Assembly: GCA_041751015.1 (NCBI GenBank)
Contig: JBGSYF010000024.1
Coordinates: 53,665 to 117,664, forward strand
Direction of reading: 5' to 3'
Length of the DNA: 64,000 nt
Source of the DNA: Chitinophagales bacterium
Lineage (GTDB): Bacteria > Bacteroidota > Bacteroidia > Chitinophagales > BACL12
Shown here: piece after piece, positions 19,787 through 28,419 of the stretch
How positions within the stretch are numbered: the first letter of the stretch is position 1
How the letters are laid out: every line of letters begins with the position of its first letter
Notes under the pieces: model-generated
What the model saw: the letters and a program-made list of their open reading frames with translations, nothing else
Databases searched by the model: none
What the model was told of the DNA's origin: nothing
Made by a program: the position numbers and the translations under genes

Positions 19787-20791
19787 ATGAGACTTCTTTC
19801 AGCATATGGCCCCTTGATGATCACCGCTCTGGTGATGGGCTATGCTGTGTCTTTGCAGGCCCAGTCCGTGGCGATTCAGTCTGATCGAAAGGCCTACGAA
19901 GTTGGCGACGAGATTCACATTACGCTGAGTGTTGATATGCCGCAAACCCTTGAAGTGCTCTGGCCCGATCTGGAACAGGCACTGGAGGGAATGGAATTGA
20001 TGGGCGACCAAACGGACAGCCTGGATGGACAGCTCCGTCGTCGATTAAGCTATCTTTTATTTGATACTGGAGAATATGTTTTCCCCCCTCAGACCATTCG
20101 TTTGCTTCGGGAAGGGGATACGCTCTCGCTGGCCACGGCGGCTTTGGGTTTTCGAATGGGGCTTGCCGAGCTGGATTCAGCCTCTACCCTGCGCCCGATA
20201 GCCGAGCCGCTTGAAGTTTCTTACAAACCCATTCCCAGGGCCTTGTGGTATGCAGCAGGGGCCTTGCTTCTGCTGCTTCTCGCCGCTTTGTTCTATCGCT
20301 ATGTCTGGATGCGCCGCCCGAAAACCCTGGCCGCAGAGCCCGCATTTGTACAGCCCGAGTTGCCCTGTGACGAGCTCGCCCTTCAGAAACTCCAAGATCT
20401 GGAAGAGCGAAAGCTTTGGCAGCAAGGCCAAACAAAGGAATATCATATAGAATTAACTGACATCATAAGAGAGTATATTGAAGCTCGTTTTCAGGAGCCG
20501 GCTCTGGAATCCACTACGGAGGAGATTCTCAGCAGGCTGATTTTAGTGCATCCCGACCGGGCGGTTTTGGAGCGTCTTGGATCGGTTTTGCGCCTGGCGG
20601 ATCTGGTCAAGTTTGCCAAGGCCCGCCCTTTGTCGGATCAACATTCACGGGCTATGCAAGATGCGCGAGCTTTCGTTTTGGCTACCCGGCAGGAGCCCGC
20701 AAAGGGCAGCGAGAGCCCGACCAACAACAACGGAACCCCTGAACCCGGCGATCAACATTCTATCACCCCGCAGCCTTCCGTAAAATCATGA
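19787..20791 (+). CDS. Bat-operon membrane protein (exported N-terminal domain, one TM helix, cytoplasmic helical tail)
   Basis: Signal-like N-terminus, TM segment ALWYAAGALLLLLLAALFYRYVW, and tail ...LRLADLVKFAKARP typical of the unnamed gene between DUF58 and batA. Its stop overlaps the batA start (ATGA). Confidence 0.55.
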   Translation: MRLLSAYGPLMITALVMGYAVSLQAQSVAIQSDRKAYEVGDEIHITLSVDMPQTLEVLWPDLEQALEGMELMGDQTDSLDGQLRRRLSYLLFDTGEYVFPPQTIRLLREGDTLSLATAALGFRMGLAELDSASTLRPIAEPLEVSYKPIPRALWYAAGALLLLLLAALFYRYVWMRRPKTLAAEPAFVQPELPCDELALQKLQDLEERKLWQQGQTKEYHIELTDIIREYIEARFQEPALESTTEEILSRLILVHPDRAVLERLGSVLRLADLVKFAKARPLSDQHSRAMQDARAFVLATRQEPAKGSESPTNNNGTPEPGDQHSITPQPSVKS

Positions 20792-21801
20792 AAGCCTACC
20801 TGGCCGATGTTCAGTTTGCGGATCCATCGGTACTCTACCTGCTGGCCCTTGTTCCCTTGCTGGCCATATGGTACGTCTGGCGATACCGCCGTCGCTTTGT
20901 ACCGCTGACCCTTTCGGGCTTTCAAGGGCTGGAAGGGATGGGGCCGAGCTGGCGGGTAAGGCTGATGCCCTTGCTTCCGGTCTTGCGTTTGCTGGCTCTT
21001 TCCGCCCTGATTGTAGCGATGGCCCGCCCACAGAGCATGTTCAGCCAGGAGAAGATCACCACCGAAGGCATTGACATTGCACTGGCTCTGGACATCTCGA
21101 CCTCCATGTGGGCCATAGATTTCAAGCCCAACCGGATGGAGGCCGCCAAGAACACGGCGGTTGACTTCATTGCCTCCCGCCCCAATGACCGCATTGGACT
21201 GGTGGTCTTTGCCGGAGAGGCCTTCACACAATGCCCCATCACCCTGGATCACCGTCTGCTCAGCAGCCTGGTGCGCGATGCGGATGCCTGGCAGATCAAG
21301 GACGGCACAGCCATCGGCGATGGACTGTGGCTGGCTATAGGTCGCCTGATGGATTCCACGGCATTGAAAAGCCGGGTCATCATCCTGCTGACCGATGGGG
21401 TTCAGACGGCGGGTGAGTTTGCCCCCCTGGATGCCGCGCGGGCGGCCAGTGATCTGGGCATAAGAATCTATACGGTTGGAATCGGCTCTCAGTCCACTCG
21501 CAACATTCCGGTTCTGGACAAAAGAGGGCAGAAGATCTTTGAGCTTGACCCAAAGAGTTCCATTGACGAAAAGACCCTGACTGAAGTCGCCGAGATGACC
21601 GGGGGCATCTACTACCGCGCCACCAGTACGGAGAAACTCAGAGACATCTACGCTGAGATAGACCGTTTGGAGAAGCAGAAGATTGATGTGAATGTTTCAC
21701 AGCGCTATGAGGAAAGGTTTTACCCCTTTGCCCTACTAGGCCTGATCCTGATTTTGGTGGAAATACTCCTGGCTCAAACCCTGCTGCGCAGCAGCACCTG
21801 A
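20788..21801 (+). CDS. batA: vWA-domain membrane protein BatA
   Basis: N-terminal TM pair, vWA MIDAS (DISTSM), C-terminal TM helix. Position is in the Bat operon. Confidence 0.85.
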   Translation: MKAYLADVQFADPSVLYLLALVPLLAIWYVWRYRRRFVPLTLSGFQGLEGMGPSWRVRLMPLLPVLRLLALSALIVAMARPQSMFSQEKITTEGIDIALALDISTSMWAIDFKPNRMEAAKNTAVDFIASRPNDRIGLVVFAGEAFTQCPITLDHRLLSSLVRDADAWQIKDGTAIGDGLWLAIGRLMDSTALKSRVIILLTDGVQTAGEFAPLDAARAASDLGIRIYTVGIGSQSTRNIPVLDKRGQKIFELDPKSSIDEKTLTEVAEMTGGIYYRATSTEKLRDIYAEIDRLEKQKIDVNVSQRYEERFYPFALLGLILILVEILLAQTLLRSST

Positions 21802-21802
21802 T

Positions 21803-22846
21803 ATGCTCGACTTTGAAAACGATCGCTGGCTCTATCTGCTCTTCGGACTTGTTCCGCTGGCGCTGCTGTACCTGCTTGCGGCCTGGCGAAGGCGAAAGGA
21901 TCTTGCGCGCTTTGGCGATCCCGTGCTGATGGCCTCCCTGATGCCGGGCCATTCGTCCAGTCGCCGCCTGATTCGGGCTATATTGCAGATAGGGGCTATC
22001 GCGGCATTGATTCTGGGCCTGGCCAATCTGAGGATGGGCGCGCGCAAGGAGCTCGTTCAGAGGCAGGGTGCGGACATCATGCTGGCCATAGACCTGAGCC
22101 GCAGCATGCTGGCCGAAGACCTTCGCCCCAACCGCATGGACCGGGCAAAATTCTTTATGGGCCAATTGCTGCGCGAACTTCAAAACGATAAGGTAGGACT
22201 GGTGGTCTTTGCCGGTAATGCCTATCTGCAAATGCCCCTGACCGTGGACAGCCGCGCGGCACTGATGTACCTCAACATTCTGGACACCGATGTAATACCC
22301 CGACAGGGCACCGCGATTGCCGAGGCGATCAACTTGTCTATTGATGCTTTTGAACAGGGTCAGGGCCCGGCAACGGGAAAGAAAAACAGAGCTTTGGTCA
22401 TCATCAGCGACGGGGAAGACAATGAAGGGGATGCCATGAGCAGCGCCAAAAAAGCGGCGGATATGGGCATCACCGTCTTCACGGTTGGCGTGGGCACGCC
22501 CAAAGGTGCGCCCATTCCGGTCAAGACCCGCGGAACCGTGGATTTCAAGCGCGACAATGAGAACAACATCGTGCTGAGCAAGCTCAATGAGACCATGCTC
22601 AAGGACATTGCCCTTGCCGGACAGGGGGAATACTACCACGTTTCGGGAGGCACCCAAGCCATTCGAGATATTGCCAGCGCCTTGGACCGGCTGGACAAGG
22701 AAATCGGGGAGTCCTATGAATACACCGATTACCGCAAGCATTTTCAGGTCTTTCTGGCCATCGCTTTTGTTCTTTTGTTGCTGGACTTTCTGGTGACAGA
22801 CCGCGCCGCATTATGGTGGAAGAAATTAAATTTGTTGGGAACATGA
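21803..22846 (+). CDS. batB: vWA-domain membrane protein BatB
   Basis: Paralogue of batA with MIDAS DLSRSM and terminal TM helices. It starts 2 nt after the batA stop. Confidence 0.85.
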   Translation: MLDFENDRWLYLLFGLVPLALLYLLAAWRRRKDLARFGDPVLMASLMPGHSSSRRLIRAILQIGAIAALILGLANLRMGARKELVQRQGADIMLAIDLSRSMLAEDLRPNRMDRAKFFMGQLLRELQNDKVGLVVFAGNAYLQMPLTVDSRAALMYLNILDTDVIPRQGTAIAEAINLSIDAFEQGQGPATGKKNRALVIISDGEDNEGDAMSSAKKAADMGITVFTVGVGTPKGAPIPVKTRGTVDFKRDNENNIVLSKLNETMLKDIALAGQGEYYHVSGGTQAIRDIASALDRLDKEIGESYEYTDYRKHFQVFLAIAFVLLLLDFLVTDRAALWWKKLNLLGT

Positions 22847-23679
22847 TCAGGGTCATTGTCATAACCTTGCTCACGGTCCTTCTGCAGCCTCTTTACGCTC
22901 AGAGTGGAACGGGTGCAGCGGCTCGCCCGGCGGCAGAGGGCAGCGCATCGTCCGATCCGTCCCGACCGGACCGGGCCCAACTGCGCAAATCCCAGGAGCT
23001 AACCTGGCAGGGAAATCAATTATACAATAATGAACAATTTGTTGAAGCGGAATCTGCTTACCGGCAGGCGCTGGAAGGCAACCCGGCGATGACGGAAGGC
23101 CGCTTCAACCTGGGCAATAGCACGTACAGGCAAAGTCGTTTTGAGGAGGCCGCCACTCGCTTTGGTTCTCTCGCGGAACAGGCGGATCTTCCCGCTGAGC
23201 TTCGATCCAAGGCCTATTACAATCAGGGCAATGCGCTCTTTGAAGCCTCTCAGTTTCCCCAGGCACTGGAGGCCTACAAGCAGGCACTGAGACTAAAGCC
23301 CGGCGATGAGAACAGCAAACACAATCTGGCCCTGACCCGGATGATGATGCAGCAGGAAGAACAGCAAGATCAGGACCAGGATCAGGATGAGCAAGATCAG
23401 GACCAGGATCAAGATCAGCAGGACCAGGATCAAGACCAGCAGGATCAGGATCAGGATGAACAAGATCAAGACCAGGATCAGGAAGGCGAACAGGAACAAG
23501 AGAACGAGCAGGATCAACAGAATCCCGATCAGCCCTCTGAACCCAAAGAGCGGAACATGAGCCCGGAAGAGATCGAGCGCATCCTCGAGGCCCTGGAGCA
23601 GGACGAAAAGGAGGTTCAGGAAAAGATCAATGCACAGAGAATCAAAGGCATTCGAACCGATTCAGAAAAGGACTGGTAA
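22843..23679 (+). CDS. batC: TPR protein BatC with acidic DQ-repeat tail
   Basis: ATG 22843 overlaps the batB stop (ATGA). Signal/TM MIRVIVITLLTVLLQPLYAQ, TPR repeats (YNQGNALFEASQFPQALEAYKQALRLKP), then a (D/E)Q low-complexity tract. Confidence 0.75.
   Translation: MIRVIVITLLTVLLQPLYAQSGTGAAARPAAEGSASSDPSRPDRAQLRKSQELTWQGNQLYNNEQFVEAESAYRQALEGNPAMTEGRFNLGNSTYRQSRFEEAATRFGSLAEQADLPAELRSKAYYNQGNALFEASQFPQALEAYKQALRLKPGDENSKHNLALTRMMMQQEEQQDQDQDQDEQDQDQDQDQQDQDQDQQDQDQDEQDQDQDQEGEQEQENEQDQQNPDQPSEPKERNMSPEEIERILEALEQDEKEVQEKINAQRIKGIRTDSEKDW
23359..23520. repeat. Imperfect hexanucleotide (GAYCAG)n microsatellite encoding a DQ repeat; dense GATC cluster
   Basis: The run gatcaggaccaggatcaggatgagcaagatcaggaccaggatcaagatcagcag... 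is visible directly. It translates to QDQDQDQDEQDQDQDQDQQDQDQDQQDQDQDEQDQDQDQ. Confidence 0.85.
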
Positions 23680-23680
23680 C

Positions 23681-25465
23681 GTGAAATTTTATAATATATT
23701 TTTTGTTTCAATTTTATTGCTCTGCGGATCTCTGCTCAGGGCTCAGTCCGATCAGTACTTTGTGGAAGTAGAGCTGAGCAATCCCAGCCCACTGATCAGC
23801 GAGCAGATCACGGTCAGCTATAAACTGCGCTACCGGGGAAACAACATCAGCCTGATGAACCCCAGTTTTGATGTACAGGCCCCGGACTTTGGCGATGCCT
23901 TTCAGGTGCTTCGCCAGGGCAGAAGTGGAGGTATGGATCTGGACTTCAGCGGCTCCATCACCGTGTTTCAGTACGCCTATATCCTCAAACCCCTCAAGAC
24001 GGGAACCTTCACTGTAGGCCCTGCCACGATTCAATTCAACCAGGAGCGCTACACCTCAAAGTCGCTGAGCATAAAGGTGCTGCCCGCAGACGCCCCGCCG
24101 GATCTCGCGCAGGCAGACAACATCTTCATCGATGCCAGTTTGTCCAAAGCCAATCCCTACAAAGGCGAAGAACTCATCCTGAGTTACAAGCTCTACTCCC
24201 GCTATGAACTGCTGGGCATAGAGGAACAAACCCCTCCGACCATTGACGGGTTCAGCGCCAATCTGCTCAACCGCGATCAACAGGTCCGGGTCAAGGTAGA
24301 GAAGATCAACGGGCAGGATTTCTATACCCTGGATCTTTACCGTGCAGAGTTGTATCCCTTGCGCAGCGGGGATTTCCGTCTTGATCCTTTCCAGATGAGT
24401 GTGGTGGCCAATGTGCCGACTGGCAGAAGGGTGCGCGATTTCTGGGGTAACCGGCTGGAGGTGAGGCGCGAAAGCGTCAGGCTCAACAGCCCGGCGGTGC
24501 GCATCAATGTGCGCGACTTGCCCGAAGCGGGTAAGCCCGCCAATTTCAACGGCGCCGTGGGCAGCTATCAGCTCAAGACCGATCTGAGTTCCCGGGAAAC
24601 CAGTACCGGTGAGCCCCTGACCTATCGCATACAAATCAGCGGTCAGGGCAATCTGAAGCTGATCGGAGATCCCAAGCTGAACCTGCCTCCGGGCTTTGAG
24701 GCCTATGACCCCAAGACCCATATCGGCTCAACGGGCAAGTCCTATGAGTACCTGATTATTCCCGGAAAGCCCGGGGAGTTCACCCTTGACCCCTACTCTT
24801 TTTCCTACTTTGACCCCAAGGCGGAGCGCTACGTCAACCTGTCCACGGAGCCCTATGTGATTCAGGTGGCACCGGGGGAAGGGGGCATGATCCAGAGCGG
24901 GAGCACTGCGGGATTGACCAAGGAGGAGGTCGAAAAGCTGGGCGAAGACATTCGCTATCTGCAGACCACAACACCCGCATTTTCCCGACGCAGCCGTCCG
25001 CAGATGGGCGGTCTGATTTTCTTTATCGGAATCGGAGCTCCTCTGGTTCTGGCCATCCCCGTCTTTTTGCTGGCCAGAAAGCAGCGCGAAAAGCAAGCCG
25101 ACCTGATGGGTCAGCGAAACCGTCGCGCCAGAAGAGCCGCAGAGAAACGCCTGCGCCAGGCCCGGGTACTTGCCGACAAAGGTGAGCACAAGGCCTTTTA
25201 CAACGAACTGATCCGCGCCGTCTGGGGTTATCTCGGCGACAAATTTGGCATCGCCCAAAGTGACATGAGCCGGGACGCCATTCGACATACTCTAAACGAG
25301 CGGGGTGTGAAGGAGGGGAGCACCAATGAACTGATTGCCCTATTGGACCGGGCCGAAATGGCTTTGTACGCGCCGGTCAGCAGCAATGCCGTTGCCGGAG
25401 AGTGCGAGCTCGCCGTAAGACTGCTGTCTGATCTGGAAGCCAGCATAACAAATAAAATGTTATGA
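23681..25465 (+). CDS. batD: BatD (oxygen-tolerance family) protein
   Basis: GTG 23681 lies 2 nt after the batC stop and gives VKFYNIFFVSILLLCGSLLRAQS (signal peptide). A large beta-rich exported region, a TM helix (LIFFIGIGAPLVLAIPVFLLA) and a cytoplasmic tail follow. The track ORF starts earlier (23630) and overlaps batC. Confidence 0.8.
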   Translation: MKFYNIFFVSILLLCGSLLRAQSDQYFVEVELSNPSPLISEQITVSYKLRYRGNNISLMNPSFDVQAPDFGDAFQVLRQGRSGGMDLDFSGSITVFQYAYILKPLKTGTFTVGPATIQFNQERYTSKSLSIKVLPADAPPDLAQADNIFIDASLSKANPYKGEELILSYKLYSRYELLGIEEQTPPTIDGFSANLLNRDQQVRVKVEKINGQDFYTLDLYRAELYPLRSGDFRLDPFQMSVVANVPTGRRVRDFWGNRLEVRRESVRLNSPAVRINVRDLPEAGKPANFNGAVGSYQLKTDLSSRETSTGEPLTYRIQISGQGNLKLIGDPKLNLPPGFEAYDPKTHIGSTGKSYEYLIIPGKPGEFTLDPYSFSYFDPKAERYVNLSTEPYVIQVAPGEGGMIQSGSTAGLTKEEVEKLGEDIRYLQTTTPAFSRRSRPQMGGLIFFIGIGAPLVLAIPVFLLARKQREKQADLMGQRNRRARRAAEKRLRQARVLADKGEHKAFYNELIRAVWGYLGDKFGIAQSDMSRDAIRHTLNERGVKEGSTNELIALLDRAEMALYAPVSSNAVAGECELAVRLLSDLEASITNKML

Positions 25466-26439
25466 TGACCATGGAACAAGGCGCAAAAAAAATTATACGA
25501 TATTTTTTAATTTGCACAGTAGCGCTCAGCGCGCAAGGCGCGACATGGACCGCTCAGCAAGGCATACAGGGAGCTCAGCAGATGGATGCAGGCGGTGCGG
25601 GCGATGCAGCTGAAGTGTTGGGCCACAGCGCTGAATACCTGGAGCTTGAGACGGAAATGGACTCGGGCGGCTTGGAAGCTGAGCGTGATTTCGCATCAGT
25701 GAAGGAATCCGGCAGCAGGGGAGTAAAGGCAGATCGGCAACAAGCTGTGGCTTTGTTTGAAGCCGCCCGGCAGCAGTACGATGCGGGCAACTACGACTCG
25801 GCGGTTCATCTGTACGAAGCCATCCTGGTCATGGGCTACAGCGATTTTTCCCTCCACTACAACCTGGGCAATGCGCACTACAAAAACCGGGCAACAGCTC
25901 CGGCCATCCTGCACTACGAGAGAGCCGCAAGGCAATCCCCGCGCGATCCGAGTGTGCAGCACAATCTGGAACTCGCCCGTCTCCGGCAACAGGACAAACG
26001 CATAGAACCCCTTCCACGCCATGTCATTCACCGATTCTGGAGAGGCTGGACAGGCCTCTTTTCACAGGCCGATTGGGCCTTGATCAGTATGGGCAGCGCC
26101 TGGCTGATTCTGATCGGGCTGGCACTGATCTGGTGGAGCGCTTCGCTCGTCTGGCGCAAAGGAGGGCTCAGCCTGGTTCTGCTCTCCGTGCTCATGTTGG
26201 GCTTTTCGCTCAGCGGGGGCTTTGGGCGAAAGAAGTTTGATCAGCGAGATCGCTCTGTGATCATCATGGCTCCGAGCGCCGTACTGAAAAGCGCCCCCAA
26301 TACAGAATCAACAGATTTATATATTTTGCGCGAAGGGTTTAAGTTGCAGCTCCTCGCCTACGACAAGGAATGGGCCGAAGTGAGTTTGCCCGACGGCAAT
26401 ACCGGCTGGATCACCCGCGAGGCGGTGGAAGAAATCTGA
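25462..26439 (+). CDS. batE: BatE (TPR plus C-terminal SH3-like domain)
   Basis: The start overlaps the batD stop (ATGA). TPR segment (YDAGNYDSAVHLYEAIL... HYNLGNAHYK), TM helices, and C-terminal SH3b-like KLQLLAYDKEWAEVSLPDGNTGWITREAVEEI. Confidence 0.75.
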   Translation: MMTMEQGAKKIIRYFLICTVALSAQGATWTAQQGIQGAQQMDAGGAGDAAEVLGHSAEYLELETEMDSGGLEAERDFASVKESGSRGVKADRQQAVALFEAARQQYDAGNYDSAVHLYEAILVMGYSDFSLHYNLGNAHYKNRATAPAILHYERAARQSPRDPSVQHNLELARLRQQDKRIEPLPRHVIHRFWRGWTGLFSQADWALISMGSAWLILIGLALIWWSASLVWRKGGLSLVLLSVLMLGFSLSGGFGRKKFDQRDRSVIIMAPSAVLKSAPNTESTDLYILREGFKLQLLAYDKEWAEVSLPDGNTGWITREAVEEI

Positions 26440-26496
26440 GCCCCTATTACCGAAAGCTCCACACCCCAGAGCGGGGCTCTTACCTATGATGATGCC

Positions 26497-27639
26497 ATGA
26501 AGACCTCGAAAAGCTCCTATATACCCTTTGTAGTTTGTGCCTTCCTGGCTGGTACATGCCTGATGAGCGGATGTCAATCCGGAGATTCCAGTGCTGAACT
26601 TCTCGAGGACAGGGCGGCGATCAGCGCCTTTGCGATCAGCCTGCAACGCGCCGTGCGCGAGGACTCCACGTCCTGGCTGGCCGAGAGAACACAGGGCTAC
26701 GGCAAATATGCTTCGCCGATTCCACCCGTTCGGGGCTTGCCCAGTTCCGATATGCGCACAGAGCGGCGCATCCAGGGCTGGCAGTATTGGATGGAGCTCT
26801 ACGACCAGTTTGGACATTTCGACCTTCTTCGGGAATACAGCGATGAAAAGGGTCCGCATCTGATCTATCGCTCCTTTGACGGACAGCAACCGGTCTACAC
26901 CGACTTGCTGTTGGGTCAGCGCGACGGGAACATCATCCTGCTGGACTGGACCGAGCACCCTGGCGCGCTCAGCGAGCATCAGAGAGATGAGGTATTCCGC
27001 CAGATGGCTCAGGACATCGGCCGGGATGCCCTGATGCAAACCATAGAAACCCTTTTGATATCTCTTCAATTGGCCAACGAGGGAAGGGTAGAGGAAGCTC
27101 TTGAGGGCATAGACAAGCTGCCCGTGGAATGGCGTTCCAATGCGGTGGTCATAGGCGATCAATTGCGCATCATGGCCGATGCCGGGCATCAGGGATTTCC
27201 TCAGGCTATTCTGCGCGACGGTGGTTTACTCGGTGCAGCGGCGGTGGCTCACCTGGCCTTTAGCTGGTCCCTGCAAAGCGGCAATTCCGAAGGACTCAGC
27301 CATTCCACAGAAGATCTTCGCGAGCAATTTGGCGAGGATCCCCTGCTGGATCTCTACCGCGGTCTGTCGCTGCAATGGTCCGGCGACTGCGAGGGCGCTC
27401 TGAAGCACTACACGAGCGCAATCCGGAACTACCCGGCCAATCCCGTGCTCGCCGTCTATCCCCTCAACTGCCTTTCGCAAAGCAACCCACATGCAGCCCT
27501 TGAGCACTTGCAGAGCTTACTCCCGGGAACAGGATTCGCGCCAGACGAACTCGATGAGTGGTTGAGCATAGAAGCGCCGGCTCTGCACCGGAGCCCTTTG
27601 TATCGCGAATGGCTGCAGGATGCTCCGGCTGTTTTTTGA
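26497..27639 (+). CDS. Hypothetical lipoprotein (helical / TPR-like C-terminus)
   Basis: Lipobox FLAGTCLMSGC after a basic N-terminus. No recognisable catalytic motif. Same strand, 57 nt after batE. Confidence 0.6.
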   Translation: MKTSKSSYIPFVVCAFLAGTCLMSGCQSGDSSAELLEDRAAISAFAISLQRAVREDSTSWLAERTQGYGKYASPIPPVRGLPSSDMRTERRIQGWQYWMELYDQFGHFDLLREYSDEKGPHLIYRSFDGQQPVYTDLLLGQRDGNIILLDWTEHPGALSEHQRDEVFRQMAQDIGRDALMQTIETLLISLQLANEGRVEEALEGIDKLPVEWRSNAVVIGDQLRIMADAGHQGFPQAILRDGGLLGAAAVAHLAFSWSLQSGNSEGLSHSTEDLREQFGEDPLLDLYRGLSLQWSGDCEGALKHYTSAIRNYPANPVLAVYPLNCLSQSNPHAALEHLQSLLPGTGFAPDELDEWLSIEAPALHRSPLYREWLQDAPAVF

Positions 27640-27644
27640 ACAAA

Positions 27645-27732
27645 GGTTCAGGCCAGTGGCGACAAGCAAGCGCCTCGGGCGCGTCAGTATGTAACGGGTT
27701 CAGCCCGGTGACAAGCAAGCGCCTCGGGCGCG
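27645..27732. repeat. Two direct copies of a 36-39-bp element, each ending in a small GC hairpin
   Basis: ggttcaggccagtggcgacaagcaagcgcctcgggcgcg (27645-27683) and ggttcagcccggtgacaagcaagcgcctcgggcgcg (27697-27732). They lie in a convergent intergenic region. The hairpin is gcgcc-tcg-ggcgc. Confidence 0.6.
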
Positions 27733-27766
27733 CCGGCCGGCAACACACTCAGCCGCCTGCAAGAGT

Positions 27767-28333
27767 TCAATTGAAGCCTCCGAAGCGCAGGTGCAAGCCC
27801 ACAAAAGGAGCGCTGAGGTTGGTGTCGCCAAACAAGTCCAGTTCATTGTCCTTGCCAACGAGGCGGTATCCGGCGGCCAGTTCTACCCGCATGAATTCGG
27901 TAGCGGCGTATTGCAAGCCTAAATATGGGCTGACCAGGAAGAGACGATCCGGTCCGCAATTGCAATCCAGGGTAGTGGTGATTCGGCCCAAGCCGGCAAA
28001 GGTGTTGACAGTAACTTGGAGAGCATTGTCCGGGTTGACAAAGTAGCCCAGCCACAATCCGCCCTGCATGAAACGCAGGGGAAAATTGACGCTGTCCATC
28101 TCAGCGGGAAAGAACAAACGGCGTTCGAAATTGCCCAGCATCGAGGCCCCGTAAATCCCGGCATAAAAGGAGCGGTTGATCAGCACAGCCCCACCCAGAC
28201 CCACATGGGGTCGCCAGTCGCCATCTAGGGGAGCGGCGTGAACGATGGCGCCACCAAACCCATTCAACGTGGTCTGTGCGCTGAGCGCGCCAAAGGAGGA
28301 CAAAACCATCAAAAGCAAAAGTATTTTCTTCAT
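27767..28333 (-). CDS. Small outer-membrane beta-barrel protein (porin-family-like)
   Basis: Signal peptide MKKILLLLMVLSSFGALSAQ (ATG 28333). Alternating hydrophobic beta-strand pattern, Gly/aromatic-rich, C-terminal ...GLHLRFGGFN. Confidence 0.55.
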   Translation of the reverse strand: MKKILLLLMVLSSFGALSAQTTLNGFGGAIVHAAPLDGDWRPHVGLGGAVLINRSFYAGIYGASMLGNFERRLFFPAEMDSVNFPLRFMQGGLWLGYFVNPDNALQVTVNTFAGLGRITTTLDCNCGPDRLFLVSPYLGLQYAATEFMRVELAAGYRLVGKDNELDLFGDTNLSAPFVGLHLRFGGFN

Positions 28334-28419
28334 GGTTGGAAGGTCTTTCTGCGCACAATGCTTTTCGCCAATGGGCAACAAAAGCCCACTTTTTAGCCGC
28401 TTGTTCATACGAAGTTAAC

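Noticed and set aside
18847-22741. Long minus-strand ORFs (18847-19824, 20752-21252, 21638-22741) across the Bat operon
   Set aside because: They are antisense to DUF58, batA and batB, all of which have clear family motifs and operon-style start/stop coupling. The antisense translations are R/G/A/L-rich without motifs.
23359-23520. Short repeats here and at 49746-49807 as possible CRISPR arrays
   Set aside because: The units are 6 and 14 bp with no spacers. One array is coding. No cas genes are in the window.
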